Positions 38,284 through 49,929 of a stretch of DNA of 64,000 nucleotides are shown piece by piece. The notes under the pieces are model-generated. The model did no database searches. It saw only the letters and a program-made list of their open reading frames with translations, and was not told the origin of the DNA. Position numbers and translations under genes: made by a program. The DNA comes from Anaerolineae bacterium (lineage in GTDB: Bacteria > Chloroflexota > Anaerolineae > S140-20), in assembly GCA_027021705.1 (NCBI GenBank), contig JALUTT010000005.1, positions 1 to 64,000 on the forward strand. Direction: 5' to 3'. Each line of letters opens with the position of its first letter. Position 1 is the first letter of the stretch.

Positions 38284-39096
38284 ATGCACGATCCCAACGC
38301 GGTGGTGGAGGCCCACGACCTGACCAAGGTGTACGGCAACGGCACCGGCGTGCGTGCCCTGGACCGCGTGAACCTCACGGTGATGCGAGGCGACCTGGTG
38401 GCGATTATGGGACCGTCGGGCAGCGGCAAGTCCACCCTGCTGAACCTGATCGGAGCCCTCGACCGGCCTACGTCGGGCACGGTCTGCGTCAACGGTCGGG
38501 ACCTGGCGACGGTGCGCAACCTGGACCGGTTCCGAGCCCAGGAGGTAGGCTTCGTTTTCCAGCTCCACAACCTGATCCCCACGCTGACGGCCGCCGAGAA
38601 TGTGGCCATCCCGATGCGGGGGCAAGGGCTGGGACGCCGGGAGCAGGCGGAGCGGGCGCGGGAACTGCTGGCCCTGGTCGGGCTGGCGGAGCGGGCCGAC
38701 GCCTTCCCGGCCCAGCTCTCCGGCGGCGAGCGACAGCGGGTGGCCATCGCCCGGGCTTTGGCCAACCGACCCTCCCTCATCCTAGCCGACGAACCGACGG
38801 GCAACCTGGACAGCGAGAGCGGTCGGGGGATCGTCGAGCTCTTCCAGCGTCTGAACGCCGAGGAAGGCGTGACCGTGATCATCGTCACCCACGACCCGAT
38901 GGTCGCCCTCTCCTGCCGGCGCATCGTCACCCTGCGCGATGGTCGGGTGGACCTGGACGAGGTGGTGGACCAGACCTACCGGACCGAGATCGAGCACATC
39001 CGCGAGACCCCTCTAGGCCGGCTGTTGCTGGGTCGGGCCGCGCCCGCCCGCGCGTCCGGTCGCGTCGGCCAACGAGCTGTGCCCGTTGCCAGGTAA
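38284..39096 (+). CDS. ABC transporter ATP-binding protein (LolD/MacB type)
   Basis: GPSGSGKST, LSGGERQRVAIARA, ILADEPTGNLD, VTHD. Confidence 0.95.
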   Translation: MHDPNAVVEAHDLTKVYGNGTGVRALDRVNLTVMRGDLVAIMGPSGSGKSTLLNLIGALDRPTSGTVCVNGRDLATVRNLDRFRAQEVGFVFQLHNLIPTLTAAENVAIPMRGQGLGRREQAERARELLALVGLAERADAFPAQLSGGERQRVAIARALANRPSLILADEPTGNLDSESGRGIVELFQRLNAEEGVTVIIVTHDPMVALSCRRIVTLRDGRVDLDEVVDQTYRTEIEHIRETPLGRLLLGRAAPARASGRVGQRAVPVAR

Positions 39097-39112
39097 AGGG
39101 AAGGCGTGGAGA

Positions 39113-41170
39113 ATGCGGATTCCACTCATCAGGCGTGAGCAGAACAGGAGAACAGAGGGGGCAAGCTGTCATAGTGGCCCTCAGGCTGACACCACCGGCC
39201 TGCCGCTGGTAGCCATCGTCGGCTGTCCCAACGTGGGCAAGAGCGTGCTGTTCAACGTTCTGACCGGCGCTTACGTCACCGTCTCCAACTATCCCGGCAC
39301 CACCGTAGAAGTCTCGCGGGGCAAGGGCCGCCTCGATGGCGTGGAGGTTGGCGTGGTGGACACGCCGGGTATGTATCGGCTGTTGCCCATCACCGAGGAA
39401 GAACGTGTGGCCCGCCGTATTCTGCTGGAGGAGCAGCCTGCCGTCGTCGTCCACGTGGTGGACACCAAGAACCTGGAGCGCATGCTGCCCATGACTTTAC
39501 AGCTCATCGAGGCCGGTCTGCCCGTCATCCTGGACCTGAACCTGATGGACGAGGCCGAACGGCTGGGGGTGCAAGTGGACGCGGCTGCCTTGGAACGTGC
39601 CCTGGGAGTTCCCGTCGTGGCGACGGCGCTGGCCCTGGGTCGGGGGATAGCACCGCTCAAGGAGCGGATTGCCGCCTATGTCAGCGGCCCCTCCACCTCC
39701 AATCCATCCTCCACGCTCCAGACGGCGGTGCAGTACCATCCCCTCATCGAAGAAGCCTTGGGGGAGATAGAGGAGCGGTTGCAAGGAACCTATCATCTGA
39801 CGCGCCGGGCCGTGGCTTTGCTACTGCTACAGAACGATGAGGAAGTCGTGTCGCTGGTGCAAAAGCAGGAAGGCCGGCACGCCGATGACATCTTGCACAT
39901 CGCCGAGGCCGTGCGGGCACGCTTTAGCCGTCCCCTATCCTACGTGATCGCTCGCAAGCATCAAGAAGTCGCCCGGAGCATCCTGGAACAGGTGATGATC
40001 CTGCCGGATCGTGCCCGCCAGGGTGAGCAGCGCCCCTCCAGCCTTGCCGAACGGCTGAGCGAGGCGATGATGAACCCGTTGACCGGCATCCCCATCTTGG
40101 TGCTTGCCCTCTTCCTGCTGTACGAGTTCGTCGGCGTGCTCGGGGCGCAGACGCTGGTGGACTTCCTGGAGGAGACGGTTTTCGGCACCTACATCAACCC
40201 GTGGGTGGACCAGATGCTGGCGGCGTTCATCCCCTGGCCGGCGGTGCGCGATCTCTTCGGCGGTCAGTACGGGATCATCACCCTAGGGGTTCGCTATGCC
40301 GTGGCCATCATCCTGCCCATCGTGGGGACCTTCTTCATCGCCTTCTCCATCATCGAAGATAGCGGCTACCTGCCCCGCCTGGCTATGTTGATTGACCGGG
40401 TCTTCAAGCGGATCGGACTCAACGGGCGGGCGGTCATCCCTATGGTGTTGGGCTTCGGTTGCGACACTATGGCCACCATCGTCACCCGCACGCTGGAGAC
40501 GCGGCGCGAGCGGGTGCTCAGCACCCTGCTCCTGGCCCTGGCCATCCCCTGCTCGGCTCAGTTGGGGGTGATGCTGGGCCTGCTGGCCGGTCGGCCGGAC
40601 TTGCTGGCGCTGTGGGCGAGCATCGTCGCCGGCGTGTTCCTGCTGGTAGGGTTCCTGGCCGCCCAGGTTATGCCGGGAGAGGGGCCTACGTTCTACATGG
40701 AACTGCCCCCGCTCCGTCGGCCTATGTTGGGCAACGTCCTGATCAAGACTTACACCAGGATGGAGTGGTACTTCCGCGAGGTCTTCCCTCTCTTCATCCT
40801 GGCCAGCGTGCTCATCTGGCTGGGCCGGTTGACCGGCCTCTTCGATCTGGCGGTGAGCGCGTTGGTGCCCCTGGTGCGATGGATCGGCCTGCCGGACAAG
40901 ACGGCCGTCGCCTTCCTCTTTGGCTTCTTCCGGCGCGACTACGGTGCGGCCGGCCTGTACGACCTGCGCGGGGTGATGAACGGCATGCAACTGCTGGTCG
41001 CCACGACGACCATGACCCTCTTCGTGCCCTGCATCGCCCAGTTCTCAGTGACCCTCAAAGAGCGAGGATGGAAGACAGCCCTGGCCATTGATGCCTTCAT
41101 CTTCCCCTTTGCCTTCCTGGTGGGCGGCCTGCTCTACCGGCTATTGATCGCGTTGGGCGTGACGCTATGA
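39113..41170 (+). CDS. feoB: Ferrous iron transporter B
   Basis: G1 GCPNVGKS, G2 NYPGTTV, G3 DTPG, G4 NLMD; EDSGYLPR, GFGC, IPCSAQ and FYMELP. Confidence 0.93.
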   Translation: MRIPLIRREQNRRTEGASCHSGPQADTTGLPLVAIVGCPNVGKSVLFNVLTGAYVTVSNYPGTTVEVSRGKGRLDGVEVGVVDTPGMYRLLPITEEERVARRILLEEQPAVVVHVVDTKNLERMLPMTLQLIEAGLPVILDLNLMDEAERLGVQVDAAALERALGVPVVATALALGRGIAPLKERIAAYVSGPSTSNPSSTLQTAVQYHPLIEEALGEIEERLQGTYHLTRRAVALLLLQNDEEVVSLVQKQEGRHADDILHIAEAVRARFSRPLSYVIARKHQEVARSILEQVMILPDRARQGEQRPSSLAERLSEAMMNPLTGIPILVLALFLLYEFVGVLGAQTLVDFLEETVFGTYINPWVDQMLAAFIPWPAVRDLFGGQYGIITLGVRYAVAIILPIVGTFFIAFSIIEDSGYLPRLAMLIDRVFKRIGLNGRAVIPMVLGFGCDTMATIVTRTLETRRERVLSTLLLALAIPCSAQLGVMLGLLAGRPDLLALWASIVAGVFLLVGFLAAQVMPGEGPTFYMELPPLRRPMLGNVLIKTYTRMEWYFREVFPLFILASVLIWLGRLTGLFDLAVSALVPLVRWIGLPDKTAVAFLFGFFRRDYGAAGLYDLRGVMNGMQLLVATTTMTLFVPCIAQFSVTLKERGWKTALAIDAFIFPFAFLVGGLLYRLLIALGVTL

Positions 41171-41382
41171 GATGTGGATTCTGCGGTTACGAGTTCGACC
41201 CGGCCAATGCCGAGGCCGCCTGCAGCGGCTGTCCGCTGCTCGGTGACTGCCACCTGGTTCGCTGTCCGCGCTGTGGTTACGAGATGCCGCCGGAGGCAAA
41301 ACTTGTGGGCTGGCTGCGTCGGCTGCGCCAGCGTAAACGGGCCAAGAAAGCATCTTCACAAGGAGAGACTTCATGCAGTTGA
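41167..41382 (+). CDS. Small Cys-rich FeoB-associated protein
   Basis: CGFC...CSGCPLLGDC...CPRCGYE; overlaps both neighbouring genes. Confidence 0.8.
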   Translation: MRCGFCGYEFDPANAEAACSGCPLLGDCHLVRCPRCGYEMPPEAKLVGWLRRLRQRKRAKKASSQGETSCS

Positions 41383-42653
41383 GCGAGAGCGCTCAGGAGT
41401 TGCTGGAACTGTTATGGACCGCCATAGAGGAGGAGGCGAGGCCCGGCTTAGCCATCAAGAACCCGCCACCGGAGGGCCTCGATGAACTGATACAGGCACG
41501 CCTGGTTGAGCAAAATGGTGAATGGCTGGTCTTGACCCCGGCCGGTCGGCCCGAAGCGGCCCAGGCCGTGCGACGGCACCGGCTGGCCGAGCGGCTGTTG
41601 GCCGACGTGCTGACCACGGAGGAGGCCCGGTTGGACGAACACGCCTGTCGCCTCGAGCACGTCCTGGTTGACGGCGTGGACGAGAGCATTTGCACCCTGT
41701 TGGGACACCCGCGCTTCTGTCCCCATGGCAAGCCCATCCCCCGAGGCAAGTGTTGCCAGCAGATGCGGGAATCGACGGAACGGCTGATCGCGCCGCTGTG
41801 CGACCTCCAGCCCGGCCAACGGGGGCAGATCGCCTACATCCAGATGAACAACCCCCGTCGTCTCCAGAAGCTCATGGCGATGGGTGTGCTGCCCGGGGTA
41901 TCGGTCGAACTGCTACGGCGCTTCCCTTCATACGTATTTGAAGCCGGCTACAGCCAATTCGCCGTGGACGAGGAGATCGCTTCCGCCATCTACGTTCGAT
42001 TAGCCCACGAAGAGAAAGAGAAGGTGACCGAGATCAAGACCATCCCCAAAACGCTGGAGGCCAACATGAGCTCCGACCGTCTTGCCCGATGGACTTCCGT
42101 TCTCTTCGATAGCTCCGTGCTCTCCCTGTTCATCTTTCCGGCCATCGGATGGAAAGCGGCGGGGTGGAGCGGGGTTGGCTGGGCCGTCGTTGCCCTGCTC
42201 ATCCTGACCGGGCTCCCCCTGGCCTACATCCTGATCGGGCTGCGCCGGGGCTGGGTGAGCGACCTGGAACTCAGTCGGCGCGAGGACCGCCCGCGCTTCA
42301 TCCTGGTCAGCTTGAGCTGTGACCTGCTCGCCCTGGCGGTCCTGGGCTGGGGAGGTGCCCCGCGCCTGCTGTGGCTGCTGGCCCTGACCTACGCCTGCCT
42401 GGGCCTGACCATGTTCACCATCTCCAGCTTCTGGAAGATCAGCCTGCATATGGTCAGCGTGGGCGGCTTCGCCACCGTGCTGGTCTACATCTTCGGCCTC
42501 GGCGCTCTGTGGACCTACCTGAGCCTGCCCCTGGTGGCCTGGGCACGCCTGTATCGCAAGAAGCACACGCCGGCCCAGCTCGTGGCCGGGGCCGTGGGGG
42601 GCATTCTCATCACCGCCGCCGTCTTCACCTGGGCGGGGGTAGGCGTCCGGTAG
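41373..42653 (+). CDS. DtxR-family regulator-FeoA fusion with C-terminal PAP2-like membrane domain
   Basis: RRHRLAERLL, ACRLEH and CPHGKPIP (DtxR); KLMAMGVLPG (FeoA); WKISLH...WARLYRKKHTPAQLVAG (PAP2-like). Confidence 0.8.
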   Translation: MQLSESAQELLELLWTAIEEEARPGLAIKNPPPEGLDELIQARLVEQNGEWLVLTPAGRPEAAQAVRRHRLAERLLADVLTTEEARLDEHACRLEHVLVDGVDESICTLLGHPRFCPHGKPIPRGKCCQQMRESTERLIAPLCDLQPGQRGQIAYIQMNNPRRLQKLMAMGVLPGVSVELLRRFPSYVFEAGYSQFAVDEEIASAIYVRLAHEEKEKVTEIKTIPKTLEANMSSDRLARWTSVLFDSSVLSLFIFPAIGWKAAGWSGVGWAVVALLILTGLPLAYILIGLRRGWVSDLELSRREDRPRFILVSLSCDLLALAVLGWGGAPRLLWLLALTYACLGLTMFTISSFWKISLHMVSVGGFATVLVYIFGLGALWTYLSLPLVAWARLYRKKHTPAQLVAGAVGGILITAAVFTWAGVGVR

Positions 42654-42725
42654 TCCGATTCCGCAGAGCCTCTGCGCTCTCCCCGCCTCGGCGGTGGGGA
42701 AAGTGCGAAATGGAGGGTAGAAGGT

Positions 42726-43478
42726 GTGGTGATGGACGCTTCGGACACTTCGAGAAAGAACATTCTCCTACAGATGGCCGGACTGGCGGGGGGCGTCGCC
42801 GCCCTCTGGCTGCCGCTCTTCGTCCTGCTCTTCTTCGGCCTGATGCCTGCGTTGGGACTGGACGTCAACCGGTTTGGTGACCCCGGCCACGTCCTGCCCT
42901 TCTTCGCCGACCATCCGGTCCTCATCCGGCTGGCCGGCCTGGTGAACGTCGTCGGGTTGACGGCGGCTGGCTTCTTCGGGCTCGTCCTGGCCCGGCAACT
43001 CTATCCGGCCGCGCCCGGCCCGGCGACGCTGGGCGGTTTCCTGACCCTCGTCGCCTGGCTCCTGATCCTGGTCGCCGAGGCGCTGGACCTGGCCGCCTAC
43101 GTCAGCCTGCCCGCAACCTACGCCCGCGATCCGTCCGCCGCCGGGCTGGCCTTCGTCGCCTTGCAGACCGCCGGCCGCATGACCCGCACCTGGGGCTACC
43201 TGCTGGTCGGGCTGGGGGTCGGAGCTCTGGGCTGGGGCATGTCCCGCCAGGCCGGCTGGCCCCGTGGCCTCAGCCTCCTGGGAGTGCTCGGGGCGGCCGT
43301 CGGAGTGGTGATGTTCACCCTGGAGTACCTCTTTGTCACCCAGACAGGGGATGCGGGGGGCGGCATGGCCCAGGTATTCACGGTGCTCTTCATCGCCACA
43401 GGGCTGATCGTCACCCTCTGGCACGCCTGGGGCGGAATGCGGCTGGCGAGAGGCCACAACGAAACCTCGGAGGTCTGA
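42726..43478 (+). CDS. Integral membrane protein (DUF4386-like)
   Basis: About 6 hydrophobic helices; WPRGLSLLG. The family assignment is tentative. Confidence 0.6.
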   Translation: MVMDASDTSRKNILLQMAGLAGGVAALWLPLFVLLFFGLMPALGLDVNRFGDPGHVLPFFADHPVLIRLAGLVNVVGLTAAGFFGLVLARQLYPAAPGPATLGGFLTLVAWLLILVAEALDLAAYVSLPATYARDPSAAGLAFVALQTAGRMTRTWGYLLVGLGVGALGWGMSRQAGWPRGLSLLGVLGAAVGVVMFTLEYLFVTQTGDAGGGMAQVFTVLFIATGLIVTLWHAWGGMRLARGHNETSEV

Positions 43479-43508
43479 CTGGTTATCGCACAGATTCAGG
43501 AGAGGCTA

Positions 43509-46043
<2,535 letters not shown>

Positions 46044-46075
46044 TCCGAGATACCCGAAACCAAGGAGCGGAGCGT

Positions 46076-46693
46076 ATGGCTACTCAGGTCTGTGGGCAGT
46101 GTGGAGCCCAACTGATACCAGGAGCCCGTTTTTGTCGGGTCTGCGGTGCGAAGACTAACCCATCGTCGTCCCGTTCGTCGAAGCGGCCCCGGAGCCGACG
46201 GCGCTCCCAGGCTCCGCGACGTCGGATCCTCACGCCCTTCACGCTGGTCGCGGCGGGCAGCCTCCTGCTCCTCGCGGTCGGCCTGCTCTTCTTGCTCGAC
46301 CAGGAGCGTCCGGCGCCGGCGGCCAGCACCCTGCCCGACACCCACGACGAGGAGGGCATCCCCTACCCGGAGGTGCCTCGCATCCCCTTGGCCGAGGCCA
46401 AGGCCCGCTTCGACAGCGGCACGGCGATCTTCGTGGATGTGCGCACCCAGGGGGAGTACGAGACAGCTCACATCCCCAACGCCATCTCCCTCCCTCTGGC
46501 CGATCTGGAGGTCCGCTACCAGGAACTGCCCAGAGATGCGGAGATCATCACCTACTGCACCTGACCGAACGAGGAGTCGAGCGCCCGTGCGGCGCGCATC
46601 CTGATGAGCAAAGGGTACACCAACGTCAAGGCGATCCTGGGCGGCTTCCGCGCCTGGCGAGAGGCGGGATACCCGGTCGCCAGCGGACCGTGA
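46076..46693 (+). CDS. Zinc-ribbon / TM / rhodanese-domain putative selenoprotein (U163, TGA at 46562..46564)
   Basis: CGQC..FCRVC, a TM helix, then FVDVR...HIPNAISLP...IITYCT-TGA-PNEESSARAARILMSKGYTNVKAILGGFRAWREAGYP. The rhodanese fold is complete only with readthrough. Confidence 0.85.
46581..46595 (+). promoter_or_regulatory. Candidate SECIS hairpin (rhodanese gene)
   Basis: GCGCC-CGTGC-GGCGC; the loop starts 22 nt after the TGA and has G at its second position. Confidence 0.55.
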
Positions 46694-46735
46694 GAAGACC
46701 GTCCATTCGTCCACCCATTCGCGAGGAGGAACGGT

Positions 46736-47161
46736 ATGAACCCTGCAGGACGCCTCTCAGCAGGGAGGTGGAGCCTGGGCCTCCTGGCCCTCGTGCTGGT
46801 CGTCGGCCTCCTGCTGACGGCCTGTGGCGGCTCTTCGCCGCGCATCGTCGTGGAGCCCCCGTCCCAGAACTTGGGGGAGGTGCCCCAAGAACCGCTGGAA
46901 CTGACCTACACCGTCCGCAACGAGGGGGGCAGCCCCCTGCGGATCGAGAAGGTCAGCACCTCCTGTGACTGCACCCGGGCGACCGTGGACCGGGAGGTGA
47001 TCCCCCCCGGCGAGTCGGCTCAGTTGCGCGTAGTGCTCGACCCGACTGAGGAGAACCTGTACGGGAACCTGCTGCGGGTCATCTACATCCGCAGCAACGA
47101 TCCCGACAACCCGGAGGTCGAAGTGGAGTTCCGGGTCACCATCCTCAAGCCGGAGGAGTAG
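46736..47161 (+). CDS. DUF1573-like Ig-fold lipoprotein
   Basis: Lipobox LLLTA-C; VRNEGGSPLRIEKVSTSCDCT and IRSNDPDNP. Confidence 0.8.
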   Translation: MNPAGRLSAGRWSLGLLALVLVVGLLLTACGGSSPRIVVEPPSQNLGEVPQEPLELTYTVRNEGGSPLRIEKVSTSCDCTRATVDREVIPPGESAQLRVVLDPTEENLYGNLLRVIYIRSNDPDNPEVEVEFRVTILKPEE

Positions 47162-47166
47162 GGGCG

Positions 47167-47883
47167 ATGATCTTCCGACGCTGGCTGGAGAAGCTGGCCG
47201 GGAGCAACACCCTCTACTACCCCGGCTGCGTGACCCACTACGCCCTGCCGGAGATCGAAGGCCGCTATGAGGCACTGCTGCGCCAGGCCGGCGTGGACTT
47301 CATCATGCTGCCCGGCGAGACCCTCTGCTGCGGCAGCCCGGTCAAGCGGGCGGGCTACCTGGCCGACTTCGAGACGCTGAAGGCGAAGAACCTGGAGGTC
47401 TTCGCCCGCTTCAGCGTGCGCAGGATCATCACCAACTGCCCGGGATGCTACCACACGCTGAAGCACGATTACGGGTTGGAGACCTACCACGTGACCCAGG
47501 TGCTGGCCGACCGCCTCCCCGGTGGTGAGCAAGCCACTTCTTCCCCGTCCATCACCTACCACGATCCCTGCCACCTGGGGCGCTGGTCCGGGGTATACGA
47601 CGAGCCCCGCCGGCTGTTGGCCGAGGCGGGATGGACGGTGACCGAACTGCCCGACAACCGGGAGCAGAGCCTCTGTTGCGGTGCAGGCGGCGGGGTCAAG
47701 GCCAACTTCCCCGAACTGGCGAATGCCATCGCCCGCCAGCGGCTGGCCCTGGTGGAGAACGGCCGGCTATGTACCGCCTGTCCCCTCTGCTATGCCCACT
47801 TCAAGGAAAACGCCGACGGCGTCGAGGTGCTGGAGCTGAGCCAGGCCCTCGCCCTGGGGCCGGGAGGGGAGGGAACGCGATGA
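47167..47883 (+). CDS. CCG-domain Fe-S protein (GlcF/HdrD C-terminal part)
   Basis: YYPGC, LCCGSP, TNCPGC, TYHDPCHLGR, CCGAGGG and TACPLC. Confidence 0.88.
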   Translation: MIFRRWLEKLAGSNTLYYPGCVTHYALPEIEGRYEALLRQAGVDFIMLPGETLCCGSPVKRAGYLADFETLKAKNLEVFARFSVRRIITNCPGCYHTLKHDYGLETYHVTQVLADRLPGGEQATSSPSITYHDPCHLGRWSGVYDEPRRLLAEAGWTVTELPDNREQSLCCGAGGGVKANFPELANAIARQRLALVENGRLCTACPLCYAHFKENADGVEVLELSQALALGPGGEGTR

Positions 47884-49055
47884 ACCTGGCAAGCCTGTCG
47901 GCCCTCGTCGGCGAAGCGAACATCTCCACGACGGTCGAGGACCGGATCGTCTACAGCCGGGACGCCTCCCGGCTGGAGGGGGAGTGCCTGGCCGTCGTCT
48001 GGCCATCCCACCCCGAGCAGGTGGCCGGCCTGGTCGCGTGGGCGGAAGCGGAGGACGTGGACCTGGTGCCCCGGGGAGCGGGCACCGGCCTCTGCGGCGG
48101 GGCCACCCCCCAGCGTTCGGTGGTGGTGGACCTGTCGCGGCTGACCCGGATCGGCCCTGTGGACGCGGAGCAGCGCCGGGTGCAGGTGGAGGCAGGCGTC
48201 GTCTTGGGGAGCCTCAACCGCCGTCTGGCCCCTCACGGCCTCTTCCTCCCCGTCATCCCCGGCAGCCACCGGGCCTCCAGCGTCGGCGGGATGATCGCAA
48301 CCGACGCGGCGGGGCTGCGGGCCGTCCGCTACGGCACGATGGCCGACTGGGTGGAGGAGGTCACCTTGGTGGACGGCCTGGGGCGCTGGCACCACCTCAC
48401 CGGCGAGGCCCTGCGCGACGCGGTGGGCCGGGAGGGGGTGACAGGCTTCGTCGTCGAAGCGGTCCTGCGGCTGGCCCCCCGACCGGCGCAGCGCACCCTC
48501 TCCCTGGTGGCTTTTGACGATCTGGCGGCGCTGCTGGCCCAGCGGGACCGCTGGCTGGCCGACCCCCGGCTCACCGCCCTGGAGTACCTCAACCGTCACG
48601 CGGCCGAGGCCATCGGTTGGGAGGCCCGGCCCCACCTCCTGGCCGAGTTCGACTCCGACGGCGGGGAGATCGGCGACCCCGATCGCATCGCCGCCCTGTG
48701 GCAAGCCCGCGACGGCCTCTACCCGGTGCTGGCCCGCCGGGGCTACCCCGTCATCGAGGACCCCCAGATCGAGGGGGAGGGGATGGCCGCCCTGCTGGCC
48801 TGGCTGGAGGCCGAGGGCATCCCCACCTTCGGGCACCTGGGCGTGGGGATCGTGCACCCCTGCTTCAGCGCCGACGACGAGCGGGTCGCCGCCTTGTACG
48901 AGCGAGTGGCAGCGGAGGGTGGTCGGGTGAGCGGGGAGCACGGCATCGGCCTGAAGAAGAAAGCCTGGACCGATGCCGCCTTCCGGGCCGAGGTGCAGCG
49001 GCTCAAGGCACAGTACGACCCCCACCACCGTATCAACCGAGGGAAGCTATGCTGA
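47880..49055 (+). CDS. FAD-binding oxidoreductase (GlcD/D-lactate dehydrogenase family)
   Basis: PRGAGTGLCGGATP, SVGGMIATDAAG..AVRYG, GHLGVGIVH, SGEHGIG and YDPHHRINRGK. Confidence 0.88.
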   Translation: MNLASLSALVGEANISTTVEDRIVYSRDASRLEGECLAVVWPSHPEQVAGLVAWAEAEDVDLVPRGAGTGLCGGATPQRSVVVDLSRLTRIGPVDAEQRRVQVEAGVVLGSLNRRLAPHGLFLPVIPGSHRASSVGGMIATDAAGLRAVRYGTMADWVEEVTLVDGLGRWHHLTGEALRDAVGREGVTGFVVEAVLRLAPRPAQRTLSLVAFDDLAALLAQRDRWLADPRLTALEYLNRHAAEAIGWEARPHLLAEFDSDGGEIGDPDRIAALWQARDGLYPVLARRGYPVIEDPQIEGEGMAALLAWLEAEGIPTFGHLGVGIVHPCFSADDERVAALYERVAAEGGRVSGEHGIGLKKKAWTDAAFRAEVQRLKAQYDPHHRINRGKLC

Positions 49056-49402
49056 GGGAACTGGCCGAGAACCCACCCTGCATCGAATGCGGTCTCTGTC
49101 GGGAAGTCTGCCCCGTCTTCACCATCCTGCGCCAGGAGCGGATCAGCCCCCGGGGGCTGGCCATCCTGGCCGACCGGGGCATCGCCTCGGTGGTCTTCTA
49201 TCAGTGCACGCTGTGCCGGGCCTGCCGGGTGGTCTGCCCCGTGGGCCACGACCCGGCCGGGGAGCAGGTACGCGCCCAGGTGGTCGCCCAGGGGGTGGAG
49301 ACGGAGGCCAACCGGACGATGATCGAGAACATCCGCAAGTACGGCAACCCCTTCGGGCCGCTGGAGGAAGGGGAGATCCCGAAGACGCTCACCTGCTGCT
49401 AA
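49049..49402 (+). CDS. 2x[4Fe-4S] dicluster protein (GlcF N-terminal part)
   Basis: CIECGLCREVCP, SPRG, CTLCRACRVVCP and GNPFG; ends in TCC. Confidence 0.85.
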   Translation: MLRELAENPPCIECGLCREVCPVFTILRQERISPRGLAILADRGIASVVFYQCTLCRACRVVCPVGHDPAGEQVRAQVVAQGVETEANRTMIENIRKYGNPFGPLEEGEIPKTLTCC

Positions 49403-49532
49403 GAAGACCTACGATGGATACACGCTATGGAGAGTATCTACCGGGCCTCTTGAATGCCCTGGCCGGCTTGGCCGTTCTGCTCGTTGGGTCCCTGGTGGAT
49501 ACACCCTTCCCTTCGCCAAAGGAGATGCGGAG

Positions 49533-49922
49533 ATGACCCAGGAGACGAACCCTTTCTTCGTTAACCCGGCCAATGCCCCCAGAATCACCCAGATGCCGGG
49601 GCTCGAGACGACCATCCTTACCGGCCTTCACGGCGAAAAGATGATGATGGTCCTCAGCGCGACACTGCCCGGCCACACCGTGCCGATGCACTCCCACCCT
49701 CACGAACAGATCGGGATGGTGTATGCGGGCAAAGCTGTGTTGCGCATTGGGGACGAAGAGCGAATCGTGCAAAAGGGGGATTTCTACTGCATCCCCGCCA
49801 ATGTTCCCCACGGGGATACCTGCATAGGTGATGAGCCTTTTGTGATGCTGGACATCTTCTACCCCGTGCGCGAGGATTTCATCGAAAAACTCGAACAGGC
49901 ATCAGGAACACACAAAGGGTAA
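49533..49922 (+). CDS. Cupin-domain protein
   Basis: PMHSHPHEQ...IPANVPH and DIFYPVREDF. Confidence 0.9.
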   Translation: MTQETNPFFVNPANAPRITQMPGLETTILTGLHGEKMMMVLSATLPGHTVPMHSHPHEQIGMVYAGKAVLRIGDEERIVQKGDFYCIPANVPHGDTCIGDEPFVMLDIFYPVREDFIEKLEQASGTHKG

Positions 49923-49929
49923 GAAGCAT

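Noticed and set aside
49414..49536. 40-aa hydrophobic ORF between the dicluster and cupin genes
   Set aside because: No RBS and no motif; possibly a remnant, but not supportable.
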